A stretch of DNA of 63,947 nt, filler included, from Octopus bimaculoides (GCF_001194135.2; 10 parts of 10 records of this genome joined end to end with filler, not necessarily neighbours in it); one strand, 5' to 3'. Shown: positions 38,903 to 51,531, counted from the first letter of the whole stretch. Numbers and translations: made by a program. Notes: a model not told the origin generated them from the letters alone.

Positions 38903-39624
38903 ACCCCCTCCACAAATAAGTATTTGTTACAGAATGGATAAAAATTCCCACGCACAACTACTACAATCCGGTTTCAAATTTCAGGTGCAGTTAAAACAAC
39001 ACTATGAGACACCTGTCATTAAACAAAACAGCACTTGCTATATTTAACATTCATTGCATTATGGGTGAATTTGCCTTTTCATCGTTACGTATCAGATTGT
39101 AGAATTTTGAAGATATGTAACTCTGATAACTACAAAATGCACCAGTGGAGAGATAACTTCATTTAGTGCAGTGGTACTCAAGGTTTTGTTTTTTTATATA
39201 TTGTTTAATGATCTCTTTCGGTACATAAATTATCTCCGAGGACCCTTCACAGAGGATATTAGTTGGGTGGGGAAAAAGCAGAAAACGAAACAAAACTGTA
39301 AAAGGTTTGATAGTAGTGATAGTGACTTTGTAGAGACTTTAGTCTCTCTATCATCTTTCAACAGCATTATGAATGAAGAGACATTAGAACAATTAACAAC
39401 ATAATAAAAGGTTTATTTATGATGATACTTGGTTGTTCAGTTCCTGTCATTCAGCTTAGCAGCCGCTGATTGAGTTGTAGTTGGTAATGGAAGGTTAAGG
39501 TCTTCCTTGATGCCTGCCAGAGAACAGTGCAAAAGTGCTTCATGGAGGAACGAGGTGTTGTTACGTAGAAGGTCGTAGGCTCAACTCGCTAAGAAAATGA
39601 AACTCTCTGTTTAAGTACGAGTTT

Positions 39625-39730
39625 CACTACGCATGCGCAACTCGAGGGGCTTCCGGTGGTGAAGTCCCCCGCGCATGCGCAGAATAGTACTTCCTCAATG
39701 GCGGCTATAATTTCGCGCCACTACAAAACA
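39625..39730. promoter_or_regulatory. putative TATA-less housekeeping-type promoter (NRF1 x2, ETS x2, YY1, E2F, ACTACA motif)
   Basis: acgcatgcgc 39629-39638, cttccgg 39650-39656, gcgcatgcgc 39671-39680, acttcc 39689-39694, aatggcggc 39697-39705, tttcgcgcc 39711-39719, actacaa 39720-39726. CpG-dense in an AT-rich background. Confidence 0.55.
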
Positions 39731-39774
39731 AAACATCCTATAACCTCCTGATTTTATATTAATCACATCAGTGA

Positions 39775-39910
39775 TCGTTAGCATGCCGGGCAATATGTTT
39801 TGCAGCATTTCGTTCGTCTTAACGTTCTGAGTTCAAATTTTGCCGAGGTCGACTTTGCATTCTATCCCTTCGGGGGTCAATAAAATAAGTACCAGTTAAA
39901 TACTGGTATA
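39775..39910 (+). mobile_element. SINE family B (octopus OK-like), partial
   Basis: cgttagcatgccgggcaa...acgttctgagttcaaattttgccgaggtcgactttgc...ggggtcaataaaataagtaccagtt. Confidence 0.8.
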
Positions 39911-40177
39911 TGTGCACACTTCTATAAAAATGCCGAATGAATTATTATATAATGCAAACAAAGAATTGATGGAAACAATTTTGACAGTATTATATATTCC
40001 CTATTAAATCACAGACAAGCACTCACGCAAGCAAACACGCAAGCAATGACAGAGTTTTAGTAGTAGTAGTAGTAGTAATAGTATATATATATATATACAC
40101 TCCTTTCCCGAGCGTCTAGTAACACAATCTGTATCACGTCCTCGCGTTGTTGTTTTTTTGTCTTTTTCCTTTTTTTG

Positions 40178-40209
<32 letters not shown>

Positions 40210-40715
40210 NNNNNNNNNNNNNNNNNNNNNNNNNNNNNNNNNNNNNNNNNNNNNNNNNNNNNNNNNNNNNNNNNNNNNNNNNNNNNNNNNNNNNNNNNNN
40301 NNNNNNNNNNNNNNNNNNNNNNNNNNNNNNNNNNNNNNNNNNNNNNNNNNNNNNNNNNNNNNNNNNNNNNNNNNNNNNNNNNNNNNNNNNNNNNNNNNNN
40401 NNNNNNNNNNNNNNNNNNNNNNNNNNNNNNNNNNNNNNNNNNNNNNNNNNNNNNNNNNNNNNNNNNNNNNNNNNNNNNNNNNNNNNNNNNNNNNNNNNNN
40501 NNNNNNNNNNNNNNNNNNNNNNNNNNNNNNNNNNNNNNNNNNNNNNNNNNNNNNNNNNNNNNNNNNNNNNNNNNNNNNNNNNNNNNNNNNNNNNNNNNNN
40601 NNNNNNNNNNNNNNNNNNNNNNNNNNNNNNNNNNNNNNNNNNNNNNNNNNNNNNNNNNNNNNNNNNNNNNNNNNNNNNNNNNNNNNNNNNNNNNNNNNNN
40701 NNNNNNNNNNNNNNN

Positions 40716-40759
<44 letters not shown>

Positions 40760-41510
40760 ACATACACGCACACACACATATTCAACAGAGTTGAAACGCT
40801 GTTTGATTTATTTTTTTGAGCGTACAATTTTCATCATCCCACTACCAAGTATGACATCACTCCTTCCTTCCTTATTCATCTATCACCCCTTCCTTTCTCA
40901 TTCAAGAGTATTATTATACTAGATTATCTCGGTAATCACGGGAGCTATGAAAAAAATACAAATCCCAAGATCACCACCGGATCATTCTACACATCTGTGT
41001 AATTTTTAGCGCAATTCCACCCAGCTGTTTGATCGTGAATCCCAAGACAAGAAAGAATCGCCCTTGCCAAATTCATATGTATAGATATATACATATAAAA
41101 TAAAAACATTGACATTTTATTCATTGTGAATTTGTGTGGCTGATACACGATCAACTAATTTTTTCTATATCTAGTTGCAGTATTGCAGTGACTACGAAGT
41201 TTCCTTCTTCTTCAAGGCAACTGTGAGTTTTTGAAAATAGGTAAGTCAACCAGATTAAACAAGATAAAAAATGAAAAAAAGCAATAACAAACAAAAATAT
41301 TTATACTCTTGAAATTATATGGGGATAATGATAAGGTGACCGTATTTATTTGAGTTGAATTTGTGTGTGGCTCTCCTCAGATACTTTTGTGGTCTCCTAG
41401 AAACATGCTGCGGTTCCTCAAATGTCCCATTTATCTATTCAAAGCACATACAAAAATGGTATAGCACATTTGGGCGGCCATATAGCTCATATAGTTGAGA
41501 ATCGCTGATT

Positions 41511-41563
<53 letters not shown>

Positions 41564-42394
41564 ATAGGTGATAGTCGTTGCTTAACCCCAGGTCAGCCAT
41601 GACCGAACAGAATATCTTCAGAAGTTACAACTTCAGCGCTTACTTATGCATCAACATCCACAGCCTCCCGAAACTCAAAAGTGGAAGTTAGCAGCAGTTG
41701 AACCTCTAACCAGTGGAACCCATTCATTCCTCAAGCATCGGAAGAGAAGGCCCTCCATTATGGGTAAATAGTCTCTTATTTAAGATGTGACCGTTAGGCA
41801 GTATACCAACGAAACAATGGNNNNNNNNNNNNNNNNNNNNNNNNNNNNNNNNNNNNNNNNNNNNNNNNNNNNNNNNNNNNNNNNNNNNNNNNNNNNNNNN
41901 NNNNNNNNNNNNNNNNNNNNNNNNNNNNNNNNNNNNNNNNNNNNNNNNNNNNNNNNNNNNNNNNNNNNNNNNNNNNNNNNNNNNNNNNNNNNNNNNNNNN
42001 NNNNNNNNNNNNNNNNNNNNNNNNNNNNNNNNNNNNNNNNNNNNNNNNNNNNNNNNNNNNNNNNNNNNNNNNNNNNNNNNNNNNNNNNNNNNNNNNNNNN
42101 NNNNNNNNNNNNNNNNNNNNNNNNNNNNNNNNNNNNNNNNNNNNNNNNNNNNNNNNNNNNNNNNNNNNNNNNNNNNNNNNNNNNNNNNNNNNNNNNNNNN
42201 NNNNNNNNNNNNNNNNNNNNNNNNNNNNNNNNNNNNNNNNNNNNNNNNNNNNNNNNNNNNNNNNNNNNNNNNNNNNNNNNNNNNNNNNNNNNNNNNNNNN
42301 NNNNNNNNNNNNNNNNNNNNNNNNNNNNNNNNNNNNNNNNNNNNNNNNNNNNNNNNNNNNNNNNNNNNNNNNNNNNNNNNNNNNNNNNNNNNNN

Positions 42395-42617
42395 ATCAGC
42401 CAAAGGAGTAAATCTAAACAACTGAATACTTGTCAGTGATTGGTTGAAATTATCGAAATAAGACAATTTTTTACATGAAATAAATTCGAATACAAAAATA
42501 TTTTTCTGTTCTATAACACAAAATAGATAAGTATACGAAGTTTGAAAGTCTTTCGGTACCAAAAACACTACGTAAAACATTAATGAAAAATGTGGCCCCC
42601 CGTTTTAAAAAAGATCC
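42395..42617 (-). mobile_element. second copy of the 33919-34480 MITE family, opposite orientation, remainder in gap
   Basis: Reverse complement of 33919-34105, ending in ...ggcccccgttttaaaaaagatcc. Confidence 0.88.
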
Positions 42618-42829
42618 GGCAATTGTTCATTTTGTCAATAACCACTTCTAAGTTTCTGAGAATCTGGAGATCTTGACGATATCAGATCTCAACTATTTTA
42701 AACAGTTTGGTACAAAATACTGGACGAGATGGGCTTGCTGAAGCGCAAGCCTACGGTTATTTGAATTCAGCGTTCCAGCGTTCGATGTTATGATCATCAC
42801 CCACGCGCGCGTGCGTATGTATGTATGTA

Positions 42830-42860
<31 letters not shown>

Positions 42861-43025
42861 ATGTGTGTATGTGTATGTGTATAAGTGTGCGTGTATGTAT
42901 GATTGGTGACGTTTGTGTGTACAATGGAAGAACCATGACCAGCACACCTATTTCTATTTTTCCAGACACAATGTGCCTAAAACTATATTATACAAATATA
43001 CCCTCCTTTTGTAAGTCTATAAGAT

Positions 43026-45002
43026 TGTAGCGACCAAATATATAAAAAACACAAAGATGGAATGAGGTAAGTGCCAACAAGAAAAGAGAGAGACTCAACC
43101 AGTAAAGATGTATAAAAGTAAGGTTTATTGGTTGTCAACTAGAATGTCTGTGTGAGTGTGACTGCGACATAATAAAACAATATAAGACGAGCCGTCATGT
43201 AAACAAAGAGTGTGTATACAAATATGTGTATGTGAATGCAAGAGATACAGAGCATAGAAAACAGTCTATAATAAGGACTTTAAAAGTCCAGACACAAGGA
43301 TGTGAAATACCAGTTCGTAACTGAGGTACACAGTAGGTTGAAACGCTGTACCAAGAGGCTGTGGCGTTGTAGGCAGAGCCGAGTAAGACACATGTCGTGT
43401 AGGAAGTTGAAGATATTTCACAAACAGTATTGAGTGAACCTGTGCGGGCGCTGTTGGTGGTGTGTACGTAGAGACGTCGGTGTAGACGCTAAGAAGCTGG
43501 AAGTAGCGACGAAGATGGAGTTTGCAGCAAGGTGTTGAAAGAAGTGGTGTGTCGTCGATGGAACTGGCTGGTGCTATGTGGTCAGTGGCTAGACCTCAGA
43601 AGGTCTAAGGCCAAAGACAACTTTAGTGCAGACAAGCAAGCTATTTAAGAGAAAAAATCGGCTCAAGCAGGGGTTCAGAAAACCGTTCCACGTGACCTTA
43701 TCAGAAGGCTGCGATTGGTTGGTATGCACCTTGGCGCGAAATAAAACTAGAGACAAAAGTGCGCCAATACCAACCAATCTCAGTGGTGGACACAACAGGG
43801 TCCAAAGATGCGGTCGAAAGCTAGATGTTATCTGCTACGTCTGCATTCACATATATATAACTGAGAGAGAAGCTTCGCTACAGAGCCCCCCACCAGTCAT
43901 TTTGCGCAAGACAAAACAGACGATACAGGAAATAACTGTAGCGAAAAAGCTGAAAGAAACGTTGGTCATAAAGCTGGCACTTGGTCACCATTTAGTAAAA
44001 CGCTCGTGTGTACGTCGGGCTGCGCGTTGGGATCACGTCAGGGTCACCAGTTTGTAGCGGACCGTGCGACCAGGAGATGGTGACGAAGGAACGGCTCCTT
44101 TAGCACATCACACGATCGGCACAAATATATAAAAAACGCAAAGATGGAATGAGGTAAGTGCCAACAACAAAAGAGAGAGACTCAACCGGTAAAGATGTAT
44201 AAAAGTAAGGTTTATTGGTTGTCAATTAGAATGTCTGTGTGAGTGTGAACGCGACATGATAAAACACAATATAAGACAGGCCGTCATGTAAACAAAGAGT
44301 GTGTATACAAATATATGTATGTGAATGCAAGAGATACAGAGTATAGAAAACAGTCTATAATAAGGACGTTAAAAGTCTAGACACAAGGATGTGAAATACC
44401 AGTTCGTATTCATGGTACACAGTGGTAAAGGTGCTGTACAAGAAGTCGTGGACGAATAGCAGAGCCTGGAGAAAAGATACATGTCACCCGAGAAGTTGAG
44501 GCTACGATGCTGCGACCGGTTACTTGGTACAGAGGGTCTCGCTGGTGAAGCAATTCACACAAACAGTGTTGAGAGAAAGTTATGTTAGCGTTGCTGGTTT
44601 GGTGTGTACGTTGAGACGTCGGTGTAGACGCTGGCGATGAAGAAGCTTGTAGTAAACAGTTAGTTGAACGGTGGTGTGTCGTCGCTGGAACTGGCTGGTG
44701 GTCAGTGGCTAGACCTTAGAAGGTCTAAAGTCAAAGACAACTTTAGTGCAGACAAGCAAGCTATTTAAGAGAAAAAATCGGCTCAAGCAGGGGTTCAGAA
44801 AACCGTTCCACGTGACCTTATCAGAAGGCTGCGATTGGTTGGTATGCACCCTGGCGCGAAATAGAACTAGAGACAAAAGTGCGCCAATACCAACCAATCA
44901 GAGTGGTGGACACAACAGAGTCCAAAGATGCAGCCGAAGGCTAGCTGTTATCTGCTACGTCCGCATTCACATATATATAACTGAGAGAGAAGCTTCACTA
45001 CA
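43026..45002 (-). mobile_element. non-autonomous LTR retrotransposon: two long LTRs and a 170-bp internal region (Gypsy, CsRn1-like PBS)
   Basis: LTRs 43026-43882 and 44053-45002, TGTAGCG...CTACA ends, 4-bp TSD AGAT (43022-43025, 45003-45006). PBS at 44032-44049 (plus strand atcacgtcagggtcacca, the 3' end of tRNA-Trp). PPT actggtgggggctc (minus strand) adjoins the 3' LTR at 43883-43896. Confidence 0.92.
44032..44049 (-). promoter_or_regulatory. primer-binding site complementary to tRNA-Trp
   Basis: TGGTGACCCTGACGTGAT lies 3 nt from the 5' LTR. It matches the eukaryotic tRNA-Trp 3' end (AUCACGUCGGGGUCACCA, recalled) at 17 of 18 positions, the exception being a G:U wobble. Confidence 0.85.
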
Positions 45003-46042
45003 AGATATAACTTGAGGGAAATTTAGTTGTTATTTCTCGCATGTCAAACGTCTTCGTAGAGGTTTCCTCTCGAAATCCTCTTCTGACCAAAGACTTTTAC
45101 TAGTCTTCTTTAGCCTTCTGTCTTCCATTATGACTCCATTCACATCCAGGGTGCTTTACAAGAATATTTAATCGACCTGAGTATATGACTGGTACTTTCT
45201 TTTATCGACCCTAGTAGGATGAAAAGAGCCGTTGACCTTGAGATTTGGACAAAGAACATAAAGAGCCATATATAAACACCACTAGGTATTTTGCTCGACA
45301 TTCTAACATTTCTATAAAACCAATAGAATCGTCTTAACGAAATGTTATGTTTTCAATGTGGAATCTTTAGAGAACAGTTTTTTGGAATTTGCTTCTCTGA
45401 GAAATTAATTTCCACTGGGTTACGAATTGTAAAGGATTAAGGTCTTTGTTGTGTAACCCTGGGTCGACTTAAGCTCAGCGCCAAATCATCCCCAGGTCAT
45501 CCTCAGCTCATCTATAGTTAGAGATGACATGATTAAAAAAGACGTTGTGTAATTTGAATAAGATTTTGATGCTATTTTTCGTATGTCGAACGACCTCGTA
45601 GAGGTTCCTGTGCACCATATGTATTATAAACAGAAAGGAGAGCTAACCAGACTTCAGTTGTAAACCAGAACTCTCTTCACCAACTCGAATCCTCATGAAA
45701 TGCAGTCATTACATAGCAGATAGATTACTCACCACACTCTTTTATAATGCAATGTTGCATATTTAGCTTGTTTGCTGTTAATATTTTTTTTTTTTAGATA
45801 ATTCGCACTACTTTCTTATAATCCACTGCGTAGTTTCTAATTTAGTAATTCAGATCCAATTTTCTGCTTTTGTTTTTGGCATTTTTCCATTAATGCAAGA
45901 CCATAAAAATTTCATGCGAACTCAGTTGTAAAAAATTACAAACCATGTTCAGATATAAAGAGAAAAGGGTCTAATTGGTGCCTAGTCATTGTTCAGTCAG
46001 TACATTTTCAGTATTTTTAACATATTTCACAAGAGTAATGTA

Positions 46043-46200
46043 CCTCACTTGTTTAATGTACACCACTTGCTGAGTGTAATTACTCGTTTAACGAGCCTCA
46101 CTTGTTTAACAAACACCATTTGTTTAATGTAATCACTCGTTTAACGAGCCTCACTTGTTTAACGAACAACAATTGTTTAATGTAATCACTCGTTTAACGA
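46043..46200. repeat. about 52-bp minisatellite, 3 units, with near-palindromic ctcgtttaacgag
   Basis: cctcacttgtttaa...cacc...tgtttaatgtaatcactcgtttaacgag repeated. Confidence 0.85.
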
Positions 46201-46317
46201 AATTTTGTATTTTATTTATCAAAAGTTGTAGGTAATCGAGGAAAATAAAATATAAACAAGGTCACCTATTTTGTTTTATTCACGTATCAATAACGAAAAA
46301 CAATCGCACCTTTAAAA

Positions 46318-46523
46318 TACGTCACTTGTTTCAGTCATGAGACTGCGGCTGTGCTGGGGAATTGTCTTGAAGGGTTTAGTCGAAAAAGTCAACGCCAGTA
46401 CTTTTTTTATAAAGCCTGGTGTGTATTCTATTGGTCTATTTTGCCGAACCGTTAACCTACGGGACGTATACAAACCAGCGCCGGTTGTCAGGCAATGAGA
46501 GAGGACAAATCGAAAGGTGCGCG

Positions 46524-46590
<67 letters not shown>

Positions 46591-46925
46591 GACGGGCTTC
46601 TTTCAGTTACCATCTTGCAAATTCACTCGCAAGCCTTTGGTCGGTCCGAGCTGGATTGAACGCGGAACCATGTGATTGTACGCATACGCTCTACAGATTT
46701 TCTTTATCTTACATCTTTTGCTTGTTTCAGTCATTAGACTGCAGTCATGCTGGAGCACCACCTTGAAGAATTTCTAGTCGAATGAATCGACCCTAGTACT
46801 TATTTATAAAAAAGCTTACTACTTATTGTATCGGACTCTTTTGCCGAACCGCTAAGTTACGGTGACGTAAGCACACCAACACCGGTTGTCAAGCGGCGGT
46901 AGGGGACAAACACAGACATAAACAC
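46318..46925 (-). mobile_element. two tandem SINE family A copies (46318-46680 and 46715-46925)
   Basis: Each begins on the plus strand with ttgtttcagtca...gactgc...gctgg, followed by the conserved body. Confidence 0.85.
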
Positions 46926-47601
46926 AGATATATGGTATATATTCAACGTGACGAGTTGAATTTTTCATTTGGTGAGACTTACTGAAGAGAGCTAAGGTTT
47001 TTCGCCAAAACTCGAATCAAGATACAAGTATATCCAAATACCAAATTGTATAGCATTTAGCAGTGATGGTATGTCACGTTTTTGCTCGCTTGCCCGACTA
47101 CTGTTATCTGTTGAAATTTTCAGTGTCATTGGTTGTTAAGTTGAGGGGTTTAGCTTCACTTTCTAGCAGGTAGGCGATTCATGTGCCCAGCTATCTCACG
47201 CTATTTAACGCCTACAGCCACCTATATCATTGTTGTTGTTATTATCATTTTATATTTATCACAGATAATAATAACAATACTAATATCTATAGAAATATTC
47301 GCTTTTGAATATTTACTCATTATATACATACATACATAAACACAGACACAGACACACGCGCGCACGCACACACACACACACACACACACACATTTGAAAT
47401 AATGAGTAGTACACACATTTTTTTCAGTTTGAAAACGGCTACGAGACGCTTGAAACTCATATAAGAGTAACTCCCTGTAAACATTATTATAAAGATTAAA
47501 TTAAATATTATCCCCCAAAAGCCGTCTCTACTCATTCTTTCAAATATATTTATAATACTGTACGAAGAACTTTCCCTTTATCATTCTACTATATATATGT
47601 A

Positions 47602-47740
<139 letters not shown>

Positions 47741-48199
47741 AATGACAACAAAAGAATGAGACCGCGAAATTAGGTAATCAGCAGAATATATATATATATA
47801 TATAACTTAGGACAATCAGTAACTTGTCATAATAGGACTCAGAGTTTCAAATGCTGGAGCTAAGAGCTACGATGCGTTCTCATCGGCTATTATGAAAATA
47901 GATGCTATAAAAAAAAACCCCGTTGAATAAAAGGGAAGTTACTCCTATAGGTAGGAAAAATATAGAAGATAAAAAATACACGCAGCTATATTCTCACAAT
48001 ACATAGACATAAAAACCTCATGAGCTCATAACGTCTACATACGTACACACTCACAAACATGTATATGTACATCCCCATACAGACACAAGCATACATGTGC
48101 ATTTACGTACTCATACACATATCCACACAAACATAAACACGCACGCACATACATATAATTATATATATATGTATGTATGTATGTATGTGTGTATGTATG

Positions 48200-48235
<36 letters not shown>

Positions 48236-48335
48236 NNNNNNNNNNNNNNNNNNNNNNNNNNNNNNNNNNNNNNNNNNNNTTAATTAATTAANNNNNNNNN
48301 NNNNNNNNNNNNNNNNNNNNNNNNNNNNNNNNNNN

Positions 48336-48380
<45 letters not shown>

Positions 48381-48384
48381 GTAT

Positions 48385-48590
48385 ATGTTTGTGTGTCTGC
48401 GTTTGTCCTCAACCATCGCTTGACAATCGATGTTAGTGTGTTTACAACCAGATAACTCAGCGGTTCAGCAAAAGATAACGATAGAATAAGTATTGGGCTT
48501 ACAAGAAATAAGTCCTGGGGTCGATTTCTTCGACTAAAGCCGGTGCTCCAGCATGGCCGAAGTCAAATAACTGAAACAAGTAAAAGAAGA
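48385..48590 (+). mobile_element. SINE family A, 3' half
   Basis: gtctgcgtttgtcctcaaccatcgcttgacaatcg...gccggtgctccagcatggccgaagtcaaataactgaaacaagtaaaaga. Confidence 0.85.
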
Positions 48591-48699
48591 GGACACAACA
48601 CTCTGCCGGCAACCGAACTCGCTGCCCTACGATGGCGAACCGAACTCCCTTACCACTAAGCCACACGATTTCACACGTGACCAATAACTACACTAATCT

Positions 48700-49035
48700 C
48701 ACTTATAAATCCAGCTTTGATTAATTATGATTAACTTCTGGGACAGCATCCCCACCATACAGGTGTGTATGTAACGCTATGTAATGTCTATAAGGAGTCG
48801 TTATAATCACATCGGTAATTAATATGAATTAACTGTATGTGAAAGCATCATCATTATATCTGTAGGTATGTAATATAAGGGCTCATTATAATCACAGCAA
48901 TAATTAATATTAATCAATGGCTGTGACGTCACCATAATTACCATACCTGTATACATGTATGTTCATAAGGGCTCTTTATAATCACAACAATAATTACTGT
49001 TAATTAGTGACTGTAACATTAACATTACTACACAT
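48700..49035. repeat. degenerate about 90-bp tandem repeat, 3-4 units
   Basis: Recurring tataagg..(c/t)..ttataatcaca.c..taatta..(a/g)ttaa motif. Confidence 0.7.
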
Positions 49036-49038
49036 GTA

Positions 49039-49083
<45 letters not shown>

Positions 49084-49849
49084 TAGTATTTATAAGTAAT
49101 AACTAGTAATAAAAATAAGGAAATTAAATATAGCAAGTAAAGTTATTCATGTTTCGTTTCGTATTTCGGTTACTTGTCATGAAAGAGAAGAGAGAACATA
49201 AGAAAGAGAAAGTGTGTGAGTTGTTAGGTAAACGATGTGGTTATAATGTAAGAGTCGTGGGTGGAGGAAAGGTGCAGGCAGCTTGTGAATAGGAGGGATC
49301 GAAGAGGTTATGTCGGACATGCACCAAATGAATGCTAAGCAACAACCACGGCGGGAGCGGCAGCAGCAGACCTAGGGTATGTGTTTATGAAAGTGAGTGT
49401 GTTCATGTGTTTGGGCAAACAGTGTGTATGAATGAGTGAACGAGAAAGTGGAATATGCGAGTTCGTGTGTGTGTGTCTTTTTGTATCAGGAGAGAGATGG
49501 GGGTGAAAGGAGGTAATGAGAAATTAGGGGATATAAATGGTTGTTGAGACCCATAGGGCGGAAGTGCACAGTTGGGAAATAAGTTGTCGATCACGGTGGG
49601 GAATAGAAAAGAGAGATAATAGTATTGGAATAAACCGGAAATAGAAAGATGGTGATAGAAGTGTACGTGGAGTTGAAATGGTCATCCATATGTTGATGTG
49701 TTTGTGGAGTCTGGGGATGTAGTAACGCACATCAAACAAGTTCTCTTTGAAGTAATTTATCAAGAAAGATCTGGAGGTAGTGTGGAAAAAAAAAGGGGTG
49801 AGAAATGTGAGTGAAAAATGGGCAGTTTCAAATTTATTCACTCCAGCTG

Positions 49850-50090
49850 AATAATATACCTCTTTACACCTATATAATAACACACCTGTCCATCCTATAT
49901 AATAACACACCTGTGTGATAAAGCATCTGTCTACCCCTATATAATAACAAACTTACCTCTATATTATAACGTACCCTGTATAATAATATTTTAATTTATG
50001 CATAAGAAACTTAGCTCTCCACTTTCTTCAGCCATTCTTGTCAAGATTTCTGTGTAATAACACACCTGTCCCCGCTCTATAATAACAAAT
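49850..50090. repeat. degenerate short minisatellite (ctatataataacacacctgtc)
   Basis: Motif recurs 5-6 times. Confidence 0.7.
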
Positions 50091-50470
50091 CCATTTTCTT
50101 CTGTTTTCTTGATTTTTTTTTTCCATTTTGAAAAACAAGCCGTGTGTTCACAGTTGATAAAATTCCTTCTTTCCTTTGTCGGCCGCGAATCCATCGCCTT
50201 TACATTTGTTTCTATTTTCGCTCATTGCGTTTAGTTTTATTGTTATCAAATTGTTTATGTGTCAAATCTTGATATACAGAATCTACGTGGAAGAGCCTAT
50301 CGGATGGATTGGATCCGTCATTGGAGAAGCTATTCTTGTCACCTGCAGTATCATGTTGACCCTGTCTTAGGTTTACGTTAAGGACCAGGGAACAGTGGAA
50401 TATTCACAGAGGAATACAAGACAAGTGACAACTGTAATTCAATAATTCAAGGAGGACATAGGCGTGTCAA

Positions 50471-50508
<38 letters not shown>

Positions 50509-50671
50509 GATTTATCTGGGGATTGCATTAAAGATAGAAATATCTGCTGAATATTAAGCTTCATGTACAATAATTTAATGAGAAGATGGTTATTGACCAA
50601 ACAACTGGAATTCCATACATGAAAACCGACCCCAAATCAATTATTCAAATATTATGAGTTTATCAAAAGCA

Positions 50672-50870
50672 GCAATCTGCCAGAATCGTTAACATGTAAA
50701 ATACTTTCGCGACATTTCATTGCCTTCACCTTCTGAGTTCGAATTCAGCCAAGGTTGACTCTGCCTTTCGTCGATTCGGAGTCGATGTACAAGGGTCGAT
50801 GTACTGGAGCCGGTTTGTCCCTACGACCTGAATCGCTGGCCTTGGGCCAAAATCTGAAACCAGTGTTATG
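50672..50870 (+). mobile_element. SINE family B, diverged
   Basis: gcagcaatctgccagaatcgttaac...ttctgagttcgaattcagccaaggttgactctgcctttcg. Confidence 0.7.
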
Positions 50871-51039
50871 AATCTATCAATAAATTCTATGACTGTTTAT
50901 CAGTGTTCATTAAGTAACGGATTATTGTTATCGATAACCGATAATATCGAACTATAGTTATATAATCTGGTCGTGGGCAATAAAACTGTTAAATGGTGGG
51001 TACATGCAATTCAGTTGGAATTCGTTGTAAAGTTTAATA

Positions 51040-51112
51040 GTTGTGAGTTTTATCCGTTGTGAGTCTTCTCTGCTGTGAGTCTTATCTGTTGTGAGTCTTG
51101 TCTGTTGTGATG
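51040..51112. repeat. 17-bp tandem repeat, about 4-5 units
   Basis: gttgtgagt(t/c)tt(a/c/g)tc(c/t) repeated. Confidence 0.85.
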
Positions 51113-51531
51113 TTTATTTGTTTTACCATTATGGAAGACATGCTGCTCTTGAATTCGAAATCCAATCAAGCACAATCTCTACACCCAGATAAAGGTTACG
51201 GCTTTGTTACAATTCTTTGGAAACTGTATTTTCTTCAATTATATTAAATATATGTAAACATCATTTAAACTTATTTCAAACAGAAAGAGCCATCGTAACG
51301 TTTAGAGAAAACTAAATGAGATGAAAATAATGAGAAAAACATTTTGTGAGCTCACTGGAGTTGTACATTAGTTTTGGCAGTTACTTGCCATCCACTTAGT
51401 TTGTACACAGACAGACAGATATGCACACACATATCGTTGCTATTATGCAAAAGTGTCGTAAGTCCAAAACGTTGCTTTTTCAGAAAATGAAAAAATTGTT
51501 TCACCATTCCATAGCAAAACTGTTGTACTGC

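Noticed and set aside
39169-39749. hAT element with CAG termini enclosing the promoter-like cluster
   Set aside because: The putative TIRs match poorly and there is no 8-bp TSD.
43626-44057. 143-aa plus-strand ORF in the LTR element (and a 89-aa twin at 44746-45015)
   Set aside because: It lies in the LTR, is antisense to the PBS/PPT polarity, and shows no gag, protease, RT or integrase motifs.
48605-48667. tRNA-like sequence on the minus strand (gtggcttagtggtaagggag...gagttcggttgccggc), and the tRNA-like SINE heads generally
   Set aside because: A and B boxes are recognisable but there is no clean cloverleaf. These are SINE heads, not tRNA genes.
50275-50430. Possible exon (IYVEEPIGWIGSVIGEAILVTC)
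   Set aside because: All three frames hit stops within about 35 codons and there is no good donor site.
51130-51245. KGYGFVT RNP1-like motif in a short ORF
   Set aside because: Isolated 7-mer, no RNP2 or splice signals, next to a tandem repeat. Likely chance.
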